Part shown: piece by piece, positions 50,793 to 60,345 of the stretch
How positions within the stretch are numbered: position 1 is the stretch's first letter
Layout of the letters: each line of letters starts with the position of its first letter
NCBI GenBank assembly: GCA_963665235.2
Contig: CAXXLX010000001.1
Location: 2,848,001 to 2,912,000 of the forward strand
Direction of reading: 5' to 3'
From: Candidatus Poribacteria bacterium
GTDB taxonomy: Bacteria; Poribacteria; WGA-4E; WGA-3G
DNA: 64,000 nt
Made by a program: the position numbers and the translations under genes
Notes under the pieces: generated by a model
Seen by the model: only the letters and a program-made list of their open reading frames with translations
The model's database searches: none
Told to the model about the DNA's origin: nothing

Positions 50793-51470
50793 TTACATTT
50801 CACGGTGAAGGCCAATGACCTTTCCGATTATTGACACATTTTCAGCCGCCACTACACTCGGTTTAACATCAGGATTTTCGGGCTGCAATCGGATTTTGTC
50901 ACCTTCAAGAAATAAACGTCTAACCGTTGCTTCGTCTTCAATCAACGCGACGACAATGTCCCCGGAGTCAACGTTTGACTCGGCACTAACGATTACAAAA
51001 TCACCTTCAAGTATGCCTGCCCCTACCATGCTTGACCCGATAATCCGCAACGCGAAGCACACATCGTCTTTTGTGAGGTGCGTCGGGACCGGAAGTGTCC
51101 CCTCTATATTCTCGTAAGCGATAAGGGGTGTACCCGCAGGTACCCGCCCGTAAACCGGAATCTCTACAATAGTGCGCTGATTTTCACCCATTGCCTCTTG
51201 CAAGACAGAATACGCTTCTTTTGAACGGAGCGCATCGGCAACCTTAACAGATGGGGGAGCCCCTACCTTAATTTTAATCGCGCGGGGTTTGCCCTCTTCA
51301 CGGGTGATATATCCTTTTTTTGCTAGAGCATTGAGATGGTCGTGTGCCGCCTTCTCTGAAAAATCGAACTTGTTGCCGATTTCACGAACCGTCGGCGGAA
51401 AACCATCTTGCACGCATTCCTGGACGTAATTGAAAATCTCTGTTTGTCTCGGGGTTAAACCCTTTGCCAT
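50793..51470 (-). CDS. lexA: LexA repressor (catalytic Lys replaced by Arg)
   Basis: LTPRQ, PPTVREIG, HLNALAKKGYI, GRVPAG, GSSM, EATVRRL. Confidence 0.9.
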   Translation of the reverse strand: MAKGLTPRQTEIFNYVQECVQDGFPPTVREIGNKFDFSEKAAHDHLNALAKKGYITREEGKPRAIKIKVGAPPSVKVADALRSKEAYSVLQEAMGENQRTIVEIPVYGRVPAGTPLIAYENIEGTLPVPTHLTKDDVCFALRIIGSSMVGAGILEGDFVIVSAESNVDSGDIVVALIEDEATVRRLFLEGDKIRLQPENPDVKPSVVAAENVSIIGKVIGLHREM

Positions 51471-51586
51471 AACGTTATCCTCCTAATTGAATCACATAGA
51501 TAACAGCATTACTCTTAATATCAATATAATGCTATTAATCTTATTATACTATACGGGAGTTAATAAAGCAAGGAAAAATTTTAAAA

Positions 51587-51742
51587 TAACGTGAGCTTGA
51601 TAATAAATATCCGTTTGCTCTAAACCTTTTTCATCGCGAAAAAAGCGGTATAATTGTAGCATAAACTTCCTAGTTTGTGCAGTTTTTTGCTAAAACTACC
51701 AGAGAACGCTGTAGGTCAAAACTTTTTTTCAAACTCACATTA
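51587..51742. mobile_element. Probable MITE (156 bp) with 14-bp imperfect TIRs
   Basis: TAACGTGAGCTTGA ... TCAAACTCACATTA; first 32 bp identical to 46300-46331. Confidence 0.5.
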
Positions 51743-51839
51743 AAATACCAAAAAAATTACACAATTCCCCCAAGTTTGTCGGAAATTTAAACGAAATTCC
51801 GTTTGTATCGTTTTTAACTAAAGTAAAAGGAGAATTAGA

Positions 51840-52460
51840 ATGTGGAAATTGAGCCTAATTTGTAGCCTCCTATTCGCTTCCATCGGTTTCGCTGTGACTG
51901 CCGACCAACACACGAAAAAATCTGTGGAAATTGAGCAGGAGGTCAAGGAGTGGCAGCTTAAAGACACCGAAGGTAAAAGTCGTTCCCTCAAGAAACTCAG
52001 TAAAGACAAGAAGGCAGTGGTCTTAATCTTTCTAGCAACGCAATGCCCGGTAGTAGACGATTATGTCGACCGCCTCGTCGCGCTCCTTAAGGATTACACG
52101 GAGAAAGATGTACAATTTGTTGGCATCCATTCCAATAAGCATGAAACACTTGAGGAAATTGCGAAGTATCGGAAGGAACACAACCTTAAATTCCCTATAC
52201 TCAAAGACCCGAAAAACGAAATTGCGGATTATTTCAAGGCACGGCGAACCCCAGAGGTCTTCCTCCTCGATAAAAAACGCATACTCCGCTATCGAGGCGC
52301 AATTGATGATAGTCGACACACGCCAGATAACCTGTATCTCCGGAAGGCATTAGATTTGATTCTAGCGGAAAAACTAATTCCGGATAAATTGAAAAGGACA
52401 CGCGCAATTGGCTGCACCATCAAACGCGTCCGGAAGGCAAGTTTAGACCGAACGCCGTAG
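51840..52460 (+). CDS. Exported thioredoxin-fold AhpC/TSA/redoxin protein
   Basis: Signal peptide, FLATQCP, A.RTPEVFL, YRGAIDD, AIGCTIK. Confidence 0.85.
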   Translation: MWKLSLICSLLFASIGFAVTADQHTKKSVEIEQEVKEWQLKDTEGKSRSLKKLSKDKKAVVLIFLATQCPVVDDYVDRLVALLKDYTEKDVQFVGIHSNKHETLEEIAKYRKEHNLKFPILKDPKNEIADYFKARRTPEVFLLDKKRILRYRGAIDDSRHTPDNLYLRKALDLILAEKLIPDKLKRTRAIGCTIKRVRKASLDRTP

Positions 52461-52498
52461 GCTATAGGATAGATTTTTAATACATATTGGAGAAGAAC

Positions 52499-55003
52499 AT
52501 GCGTCGCTTTTTTGCTACTTTTTCTCAGGCTTTGCTAAGCCTGCTTTTTATAATCTGCATTCTTGCGTTTATGGCAGTTTTCCTTGGCATCGGTATTGCC
52601 AGCGGGTTTCTACTTGCCTGCTGGGAAGATGTAGAAACCCTCAGTCTCGACAAGAAGCTAGAATATGAGGCCGACCGTAAAACATGGCGGGAACATCTCG
52701 AAATTTATTCCGCTGCCTGTGAAGTACGAGAGCAGGATAAAACCGATTTTTTAATAGATAAACTCAAACGTTTGACCTATGAACAAATTCCGGAAGTAAG
52801 CGGAGGCATAGGCACACAGGGACAATATTCGGTAAAACTGAATGAAAAGCAGACCGGGACTATAGAGATTTACCTTCGTGAATTTAAATACCCGTACCTA
52901 ATGGAGGAAACTAAAACGAAAAAGGTTAAACTCTCTATAAGGAACGGAAAAATTCAAACTATTCAAGATATTAAAACAGACAACAGGTTGAATAGGTTTT
53001 ATCTGGAACCGGAGCTGATTGCTGAAAAATCGGGCGACGACCTCGGAACAACCCGCAAAATTATGCAACTCGTTGAAATTCCAGACAAGCTCATCAATGC
53101 CTTTATCGCCATTGAAGATCAGCGTTTTTACCAGCATTGGGGTATTGATATCAAACGCCTCGGCGGCGCAGTCCGAGACACCCTCCTACACGGAGATAGG
53201 ATAAGCGGAACAAGCACATTCACACAGCAGCTCACACGAAATGTCTACCTCGGACGACAGCGAGACCTCGTCCGTAAAGTACGGGAAATATTGCTTACCC
53301 TCAGAATTGAGAAGGTATTCTCAAAGGATGAAATCCTAGAGCGATATCTGAACTATATCGATTTAGGGCGAGCCGGCGGGAAAACACTTCACGGAGTACA
53401 TCAAGCCGCAATGGGATACTTTGGAAAAGAGGTCGGCGAACTTGAGTACCACGAATGCGCAATGCTCGCAGCACTTCCCAAGGCACCTAGTGCTTATTCT
53501 CCAATCCGAGAAGCAACCCGTCCTAAAGCTATAAGCAGACGCAACCTAGTGCTTTCAGCTATGTTCAACCGTGGCTACCTCACCGCTAAGGAATATAGGG
53601 AAAGTCTAGACGCACCCTTGAAAGTAAAAAATTTGTCGGAAACTTCACTCAAAGTGAATCAGGAAGCAGCCGGACACTTTATACAATACGTTAACAAACA
53701 ACTCGAAAGAATCCCTGAACTTGAAGATAGGTTATATAACGAAGGTTTGAAGGTTTATACCACCATCGATATGTCTATGCAATCGCTAGCCGTAAAGGCT
53801 GTTGCTGACCATCTGCGATACTTAGATAGAACACATAGCCGACTCCCAGATTACGACCGGAATAAAGAGAAGCCACACGGAATTGATCCCATTAAGGATT
53901 ACATGCAAGCCGCACTTGTCGCTTTTGAACCCCGAACCGGGCACATTAAAGCCATGGTAGGCGGACGGGATTACCGAATTACTGAGAAAGATATTAAGGG
54001 CCGGCAGATTAACTTCCTCAATCGAACAGTCGGAACAATACAACAGCCTACACTACGCCAACCGGGCTCTGCCTTTAAACCGATAGTCTTTGCAGCGTTA
54101 ATGCAGGAACCCGCCATCGTAACCCCCTCGACAATTCTCATCGATGAACCTTGGGGCATTGTACCCGCGCCTGGACAACCAAAATGGTTTCCTGACAATT
54201 ATTCAGAGAGGTTTAGAGGCCCAGTCACTATACGGGAAGTGCTCACCCGTTCAATTAATGTCCCTACGGTGAGAGTAACATTGGAAACACCGGTAAATGA
54301 GGAGGGCTTATGGGAAGGGATAGAACGCATTGTGGCACTCACAAAAAATATGGGAATTCAGAGTCACCAGCAACCGACACCAGCACTTACCCTAGGCGCG
54401 TCCGGCATGAAAGTACTTGAATTGACTGCCGCGTATGGCGTTTTCGCAAATCGCGGAATTCGGACAGAGCCGGTTAACATTCAGTACGTAACGGATGCAC
54501 AGGGGACAGTCATCTATCCACCAGAGGGGTATCAGCCGGACCGGACCCGTGTATTAGATGAAAAGGTTGCATATCAGATTACCTCATTCTTGGAAAGCGT
54601 TATTCAGAACGGGACCGGTTATGGCGCAAAACGAGACTTCCAACTTACGCGGCCAGCTGCAGGCAAAACAGGCACCACTAATAACAACGTGGACGCGTGG
54701 TTCGTCGGTTATACCACTGACCTAGTCGTCGGGGTTTGGGTTGGATTTGATGAGTATCGACCGAACCGACATAACTACAACCAGACAGGCGCGAGGGCAG
54801 CACTGCCTATCTGGGCACGTTTCATCGTTGAGGCATCACGTGGACCCGAAAGGGAGTTCCAACCGCCTGATGGAATTGTCTTCCGAGAAATTGATAAAAC
54901 AACCGGCTATCTGAGGAAACCGGATGGATGCCCACCAGAAAACGTTAAGCGAGAGGCATTTATCAAAGGGCAGGAACCCCAAGAGCTTTGCAATCGGCAT
55001 TAG
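52499..55003 (+). CDS. Class A penicillin-binding protein (PBP1A/1B)
   Basis: AIEDQRF, GTSTFTQQL, RKVRE, SAFK, SIN, KTGT. Confidence 0.92.
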   Translation: MRRFFATFSQALLSLLFIICILAFMAVFLGIGIASGFLLACWEDVETLSLDKKLEYEADRKTWREHLEIYSAACEVREQDKTDFLIDKLKRLTYEQIPEVSGGIGTQGQYSVKLNEKQTGTIEIYLREFKYPYLMEETKTKKVKLSIRNGKIQTIQDIKTDNRLNRFYLEPELIAEKSGDDLGTTRKIMQLVEIPDKLINAFIAIEDQRFYQHWGIDIKRLGGAVRDTLLHGDRISGTSTFTQQLTRNVYLGRQRDLVRKVREILLTLRIEKVFSKDEILERYLNYIDLGRAGGKTLHGVHQAAMGYFGKEVGELEYHECAMLAALPKAPSAYSPIREATRPKAISRRNLVLSAMFNRGYLTAKEYRESLDAPLKVKNLSETSLKVNQEAAGHFIQYVNKQLERIPELEDRLYNEGLKVYTTIDMSMQSLAVKAVADHLRYLDRTHSRLPDYDRNKEKPHGIDPIKDYMQAALVAFEPRTGHIKAMVGGRDYRITEKDIKGRQINFLNRTVGTIQQPTLRQPGSAFKPIVFAALMQEPAIVTPSTILIDEPWGIVPAPGQPKWFPDNYSERFRGPVTIREVLTRSINVPTVRVTLETPVNEEGLWEGIERIVALTKNMGIQSHQQPTPALTLGASGMKVLELTAAYGVFANRGIRTEPVNIQYVTDAQGTVIYPPEGYQPDRTRVLDEKVAYQITSFLESVIQNGTGYGAKRDFQLTRPAAGKTGTTNNNVDAWFVGYTTDLVVGVWVGFDEYRPNRHNYNQTGARAALPIWARFIVEASRGPEREFQPPDGIVFREIDKTTGYLRKPDGCPPENVKREAFIKGQEPQELCNRH

Positions 55004-55015
55004 ACTCGGCACACC

Positions 55016-55948
55016 TTATGCGTCCTCTATCTGTTTTCGGAGTCTTTCTAGTTCCGCCTCTAGTTCTAGTCTGCGTCGTGCTTCTGCTGCTGCAGTTGCG
55101 TTTGCTTCGGCTGCGTTTGCTTCGGCTTCCAGTCTGCGTTGTGCTTCTGCTGCTGCGATTTCTTCGGCTTCCAGTCTGCGTTGTGCTTCTGCTGCTGCGG
55201 CTGCCGTTGCTTCCGCTGCCATTGTTTCGGAAATTTGTCTGCGTTGCACTTCCTCCTCGGCGATTGCTTGTGCTTGCTTCCTGAGACGTGCCTCCTCCGC
55301 CGAAGTCGTGAGCGGAGTTCCATCCGGCAAATAGGCGCGTAACAGTCTGAGACCATCAGGCCGTTCCTCCCAGCGGAATAGCAGATTGAGAGCCTCACTG
55401 AACAACTCACCGTTCCCAACCGGGGGAAGTTCCTCTATTCCGCCTGAACCTGTGCGTCTCCACCCGCGAAACTCCGCAGGTTTGGTCAGATCTGGTTGAT
55501 GTATAAAGTATTCTTGAACGCCCATCGTCTTCAAATAGATGTCTCGTTTCTCCTGGCGGTCCCGGTCTGCTGTTGAGTCTGAGAGGAACTCAAACACAAC
55601 GGTAGGGGACGCGCCCTCCGCCCAGATATAAAAACTATAGCGGGGCGGCGTTTTCTTAACACCGAAAGCAATGAAGATGTCGGGAGATACGCACCTCTCC
55701 ACTCCATTCTCGTCTCTATGGTATACGAAGCAGTCCACACCGGGATAGACATCAGGCTCATCTTCGTAATATCTATTAAGTGAATCGAAGAGTATGTTGA
55801 CTTGTAATCCTTGATGTTGACCAGCAGGCATGGGTTCATCGTCCTCATAAGGGTAGCCATCTATATAGACGGTAGGTTTTCCTATAGCTCTTGGGAAGGT
55901 TGGCATATACTTCCTTTTTTTCAGCGTCCAATCGTCAATAGTATTCAT
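55016..55948 (-). CDS. Uma2-family (DUF820) endonuclease-fold protein with Ala/Glu coiled-coil repeats
   Basis: SPDIFI, VFEFLSDST, GVQEYF; AEAQRRLEAE repeats. Confidence 0.85.
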   Translation of the reverse strand: MNTIDDWTLKKRKYMPTFPRAIGKPTVYIDGYPYEDDEPMPAGQHQGLQVNILFDSLNRYYEDEPDVYPGVDCFVYHRDENGVERCVSPDIFIAFGVKKTPPRYSFYIWAEGASPTVVFEFLSDSTADRDRQEKRDIYLKTMGVQEYFIHQPDLTKPAEFRGWRRTGSGGIEELPPVGNGELFSEALNLLFRWEERPDGLRLLRAYLPDGTPLTTSAEEARLRKQAQAIAEEEVQRRQISETMAAEATAAAAAEAQRRLEAEEIAAAEAQRRLEAEANAAEANATAAAEARRRLELEAELERLRKQIEDA

Positions 55949-56192
55949 GATTTTCTCCCTTTCGTATTGGGCATGTCTTTTGCTTTGGGGCTCAAATCGT
56001 TTCAGGTTAAAATTATTTTAGCAGCAGAAGTGTCTTTTGTCAAGCAGAAATTAGGCTGGTAGAAAAAACGTTTGATTTTTGTTTCTATTTCTGTTAAACT
56101 ATGTATCGTAAATAGAAAAGCACGCTAACACAAGCGGAACTCTACCACATCAAACACCGAAAACGCAGCACATGCAGAAAAAATGGAGCGTC

Positions 56193-58247
56193 ATGAAAAA
56201 AGATTGGGAAGCACGACCAGCAATTGTTCCTACAGCGGGCAGCACAGAATTGCCCGCTCAGCCGTTTGAACTCATCTCCGATTTCACCCCGCAAGGTGAC
56301 CAGCCGCAAGCAATCGCCAAATTGACACAGGGGCTCCAACGCGGAGATAGAGCGCAAACGCTACTTGGTGTAACAGGCTCCGGCAAAACATATACGATGG
56401 CCAACCTCATCCAGAACGTGCAGCAGCCCACACTCGTCATCTCACCGAACAAGACCCTCGCTGCACAACTTTACAACGAATTCCGAACATTTTTCCCAAA
56501 CAACGCTGTACACTACTTCGTCAGTGATTACGAATATTACCAACCCGAGGCTTATATTCCATCTACCGACACGTTCATTGAAAAAGATGTCCGGATTAAC
56601 GAAGAGATAACCCGTATGCGGCTCGCGTCGACTGCCTCCTTGATGGAACGACGTGATGTTATCGTCGTAGCAAGCGTCTCCTGCCTCTACGGACTTGGCT
56701 CCCCCCGTGAGTTCGAAAAACAACGGGTCACTATAGAGGTAGGTCAGTACATCCGCCGGGACGAATTTCTCCGCGCCCTAATAGATATTCGCTATGAACG
56801 CAACGATACCGAGTTCTGGCAAGGCATGTTCCGCGTACGAGGCGATGTCGTAGAGGTGTTTCCCGCTTATAGCGAAAACGCCTATCGTATTGAACTGTTC
56901 GGGAATGAAATTGAGAGAATTAGCGAAATTAACATGACAACTGGCGAAGTCTTGGCGAAAAAGGAATCCCTAGAAATCTATCCCGCAAAACACTTTATGA
57001 CCGATGCAGACATCTTCGAAGATGCCCTCATCAATATTGAACTCGAACTCCACGAACGGATTATCACCTTTGAGAAGGAACATAAGCTGCTGGAAGCACA
57101 ACGTATTGAACAGCGCACCCGATTCGATTTGGAGATGCTGCGCGAAGTCGGCTACTGCTCCGGCATTGAAAACTATTCGCGACACCTCTCAGGATTGCAA
57201 CCCGGCGAGCCGCCCTACTGCCTTCTCAACTACTTCCCTGAAGATTTTCTGCTTTTCATAGACGAATCGCACGTGACAGTCCCTCAGCTGCGGGGTATGT
57301 ATCGTGGCGACCGTTCACGAAAGGAAAACCTTGTCAATTACGGATTCCGATTACCCTCTGCATTGGACAACCGGCCCCTCCGCTTTGACGAGGTGGAAAC
57401 GTCCCTCAACCAGGTTATCTTTGTCTCTGCAACGCCCGGCAAGTATGAAATGGAAAACGGCGGCCAAATCGTTGAACAGATTATTCGACCCACAGGATTA
57501 ATTGACCCCCAAATGACTGTCCATCCAGTTCAGGGCCAAATTGACCATCTCATTGGTAAAATTCGGGAACGGGCAAAAGGGAAACAGCGCGTCCTTGTCA
57601 CAACCCTCACAAAGCGAATGGCTGAAGACCTAAGTGAATATTTCATTGAGGCGGGTATCCGAGCAAACTATATGCACTCCGAAATTGATGTATTTGAGCG
57701 GGCCCGAATTTTGCGAGAACTTCGCGAGGGACAATTCGATGTACTCATCGGTATTAACCTTCTGCGTGAGGGGCTTGACCTCCCTGAAGTCTCGCTTGTC
57801 GCAATTTTGGATGCCGACCGACCGGGATTCCTCCGCTCCGTTACCTCCTTGGTGCAAACATCCGGGCGCGCCGCGCGCAACGTTGATGGTGAAGTCATAC
57901 TCTATGGCGACACTATCACAGACGCAATGGAAGATGCAATGGCAGAAACAAAACGCCGGCGGGATATACAGATGAAATACAATACCGAAAACAACATCAC
58001 ACCTGCCACAATTCAGAAAGCCATTGAGCAACTTATCTCTGAATCCACAACCGAATACAAAACGAAGCAACCTAAAAAGTCTGTTCCCATTATCGAGGAC
58101 GGCAGCACTACAGAAGACATTAAAGCGACTATTACTGACCTGACACGGCAGATGCGGAAAGCAGCCCTAGAACTTGAGTTTGAACAAGCCGCCGCACTCC
58201 GCGACCAGATTGCAGAAATCAAGGAGCAACTGGCGAAACAAAAATAG
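56193..58247 (+). CDS. uvrB: Excinuclease ABC subunit B
   Basis: PQGDQPQAI, GVTGSGKT, YYQPEAY, DESH, INLLREGLDLPEV, LEFEQAAALRD. Confidence 0.97.
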   Translation: MKKDWEARPAIVPTAGSTELPAQPFELISDFTPQGDQPQAIAKLTQGLQRGDRAQTLLGVTGSGKTYTMANLIQNVQQPTLVISPNKTLAAQLYNEFRTFFPNNAVHYFVSDYEYYQPEAYIPSTDTFIEKDVRINEEITRMRLASTASLMERRDVIVVASVSCLYGLGSPREFEKQRVTIEVGQYIRRDEFLRALIDIRYERNDTEFWQGMFRVRGDVVEVFPAYSENAYRIELFGNEIERISEINMTTGEVLAKKESLEIYPAKHFMTDADIFEDALINIELELHERIITFEKEHKLLEAQRIEQRTRFDLEMLREVGYCSGIENYSRHLSGLQPGEPPYCLLNYFPEDFLLFIDESHVTVPQLRGMYRGDRSRKENLVNYGFRLPSALDNRPLRFDEVETSLNQVIFVSATPGKYEMENGGQIVEQIIRPTGLIDPQMTVHPVQGQIDHLIGKIRERAKGKQRVLVTTLTKRMAEDLSEYFIEAGIRANYMHSEIDVFERARILRELREGQFDVLIGINLLREGLDLPEVSLVAILDADRPGFLRSVTSLVQTSGRAARNVDGEVILYGDTITDAMEDAMAETKRRRDIQMKYNTENNITPATIQKAIEQLISESTTEYKTKQPKKSVPIIEDGSTTEDIKATITDLTRQMRKAALELEFEQAAALRDQIAEIKEQLAKQK

Positions 58248-58421
58248 AAATCTGCTATATTTTGACACCTCTCCTTCCGTATCAACGGGTTTTGCTAAGG
58301 AATAAAATTTAAACCTTGCCTTTCAAAACGAAATTTGCTAAAATAGCACTGTTCATAATTTTTCAATCAGTTTTTTAAAATAAACGCGCTTCAAAACGCG
58401 CATAAAAGAGAGGAATTCGCT

Positions 58422-58676
58422 ATGTTTGTTTGTGTAGCATGTGGTTATTTGTGGAAAGAAGCGGATGAACCGCCCGATGAGTGTCCAGCTTGCACCGCAC
58501 CCAAAGAGAAATACATCCCTTACGATGATAGAGCGGAACGTTGGGTCAAACGCGCAGTTGCGGCACATGTAATGTACCCTGACGAAGAGGGGGCGGACCT
58601 TCGTGCTGAAAACTCGGCACTTTCGTCACACATCCGATTCGCTCTCGTTGGTTTACTTGAAGACCTTAAAAAGTAA
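58422..58676 (+). CDS. Small rubredoxin-like protein
   Basis: GAGG RBS; CVACGY..PPDECPACTAPK. Confidence 0.7.
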   Translation: MFVCVACGYLWKEADEPPDECPACTAPKEKYIPYDDRAERWVKRAVAAHVMYPDEEGADLRAENSALSSHIRFALVGLLEDLKK

Positions 58677-58842
58677 GTTATGGGCAGCTACTATACTGCC
58701 CCCGTTACCTTTTTTTGTAGGCACGTCTCCAAAGCGCGCCTACAAAAATACAAAATATAGAAAGGCGGCACTAATGCTCCCAAACATGAGCCGAAAAAGC
58801 AACCCGTTTGCGATACCTTTAGGGAGTTTGCCGAATAAAAAA

Positions 58843-60345
58843 ATGAAACGAATAAGTCAATGCCTGCTTTTGCTCCTATTTGTTTTACCCACCGTAGCCT
58901 CAGCACAAAATCTTGAAGAGCGGGTGGTTGAACACACGTTCTCGAACGGCTTGAAGCTACTCATGATAGAACGACATACCTCCCCCACAGTTGCACCGTA
59001 TATCCTATTTAAAGCCGGGTCCGTCGATGAATCTCATGATGCCCGCGGCATCGCGCACATGCTTGAGCACATGTTGTTCAAGGGCACCAAAACAATCGGC
59101 ACAATCGACTATGAAAAAGAAAAAACCGTCCTTGCCGAAATCGACCGCATTGGCGATGCATTGGACACCGAACAGGCAAAAGGTGCAAAAGCCGATGCAG
59201 CAAAAATTGCCGAATTGGAAGAAGCACTCAAAACACAGCAAGAACTCGCAAAGCAGTGGGTGGTCTCCGGCGAATACACTAACATCTATACCCAACACGG
59301 CAGCACCGGATTCAACGCTGGCACCTCGGTAGACTATACCATTTACACAGTAGAACTTCCATCTAACAAATTAGAATTGTGGGCAATGCTTGAATCTGAC
59401 CGCCTTAAGAACGCTGTCCTACGCCAATTTTATGTCGAACGCGAAGCTGTTAAAGAGGAACGTAGAATGCGAGTAGATACGCAACCCGGCGGGAAACTCT
59501 ATGAACAGTTTATGGCTGTAGCCTTCACCGCGCACCCCTACGGCACCCCAATCATCGGGTGGCCCTCTGATATTGCAATGCTTAACCGAAAAAAAGCAGA
59601 AGAGTTCTTCCGTATCCATTACGCACCCAATAACTCCGTGATGGTTATCGTTGGCGATATCCAGACTGAGAAGACCATTAAATTAATAGAAAAATATTTT
59701 GGCGATATCCCATCGCAACCGATTCCTAGCGAAGTCACAGTTCAGGAGCCCGCCCAGGAAGGAGAACGGCGAATCGAGGTCGAATTTGACGCTGAACCCC
59801 GTATGATGATTGGATATCATAAACCCACAATTCCGCATCCAGATGATTATGTCCTAGACATGATTAGTGCTATTCTCTCAGATGGGCGGACATCCCGTTT
59901 ATACAAAAATATCGTTGAAGAAGGGATTGCTGTCTCCGCTAATACTGTAAACGGTTACCCGGGAGCACGTTACAATAATCTCTTTGTGATTAACGCTACG
60001 CCTCGCTCCCCTAATACGACGGCTGATGTAGAAACGGCTATCTATGCCGAATTGGAAAAACTCAAAACGGAACCTGTCGCTGAAAAAGAATTCAAACGGA
60101 TTCTTAAACAAGTTGATGCCCAATTTATCCGCGGACTTAGTTCAAACGCCGGTATGGCGAACCAACTCGCTCTCTATGAAGGCATCGCTGGCGACTGGCG
60201 ATACATACTCAATTGGCGTGAAAAGATGTACGAAATTACACCTGACGATATTATGAGAGTAGCACAAACCTATTTTAAAAAGGGCAACCGGACCGTGGCT
60301 ACACTTGTTAAAAAAGAGTCCGTACCAGAGGAGGCCGGTGAATAA
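58843..60345 (+). CDS. M16 zinc peptidase, catalytic subunit
   Basis: Signal peptide, GIAHMLEHM (HxxEH), NAGTS, EERRMR, HPYG. Confidence 0.92.
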   Translation: MKRISQCLLLLLFVLPTVASAQNLEERVVEHTFSNGLKLLMIERHTSPTVAPYILFKAGSVDESHDARGIAHMLEHMLFKGTKTIGTIDYEKEKTVLAEIDRIGDALDTEQAKGAKADAAKIAELEEALKTQQELAKQWVVSGEYTNIYTQHGSTGFNAGTSVDYTIYTVELPSNKLELWAMLESDRLKNAVLRQFYVEREAVKEERRMRVDTQPGGKLYEQFMAVAFTAHPYGTPIIGWPSDIAMLNRKKAEEFFRIHYAPNNSVMVIVGDIQTEKTIKLIEKYFGDIPSQPIPSEVTVQEPAQEGERRIEVEFDAEPRMMIGYHKPTIPHPDDYVLDMISAILSDGRTSRLYKNIVEEGIAVSANTVNGYPGARYNNLFVINATPRSPNTTADVETAIYAELEKLKTEPVAEKEFKRILKQVDAQFIRGLSSNAGMANQLALYEGIAGDWRYILNWREKMYEITPDDIMRVAQTYFKKGNRTVATLVKKESVPEEAGE

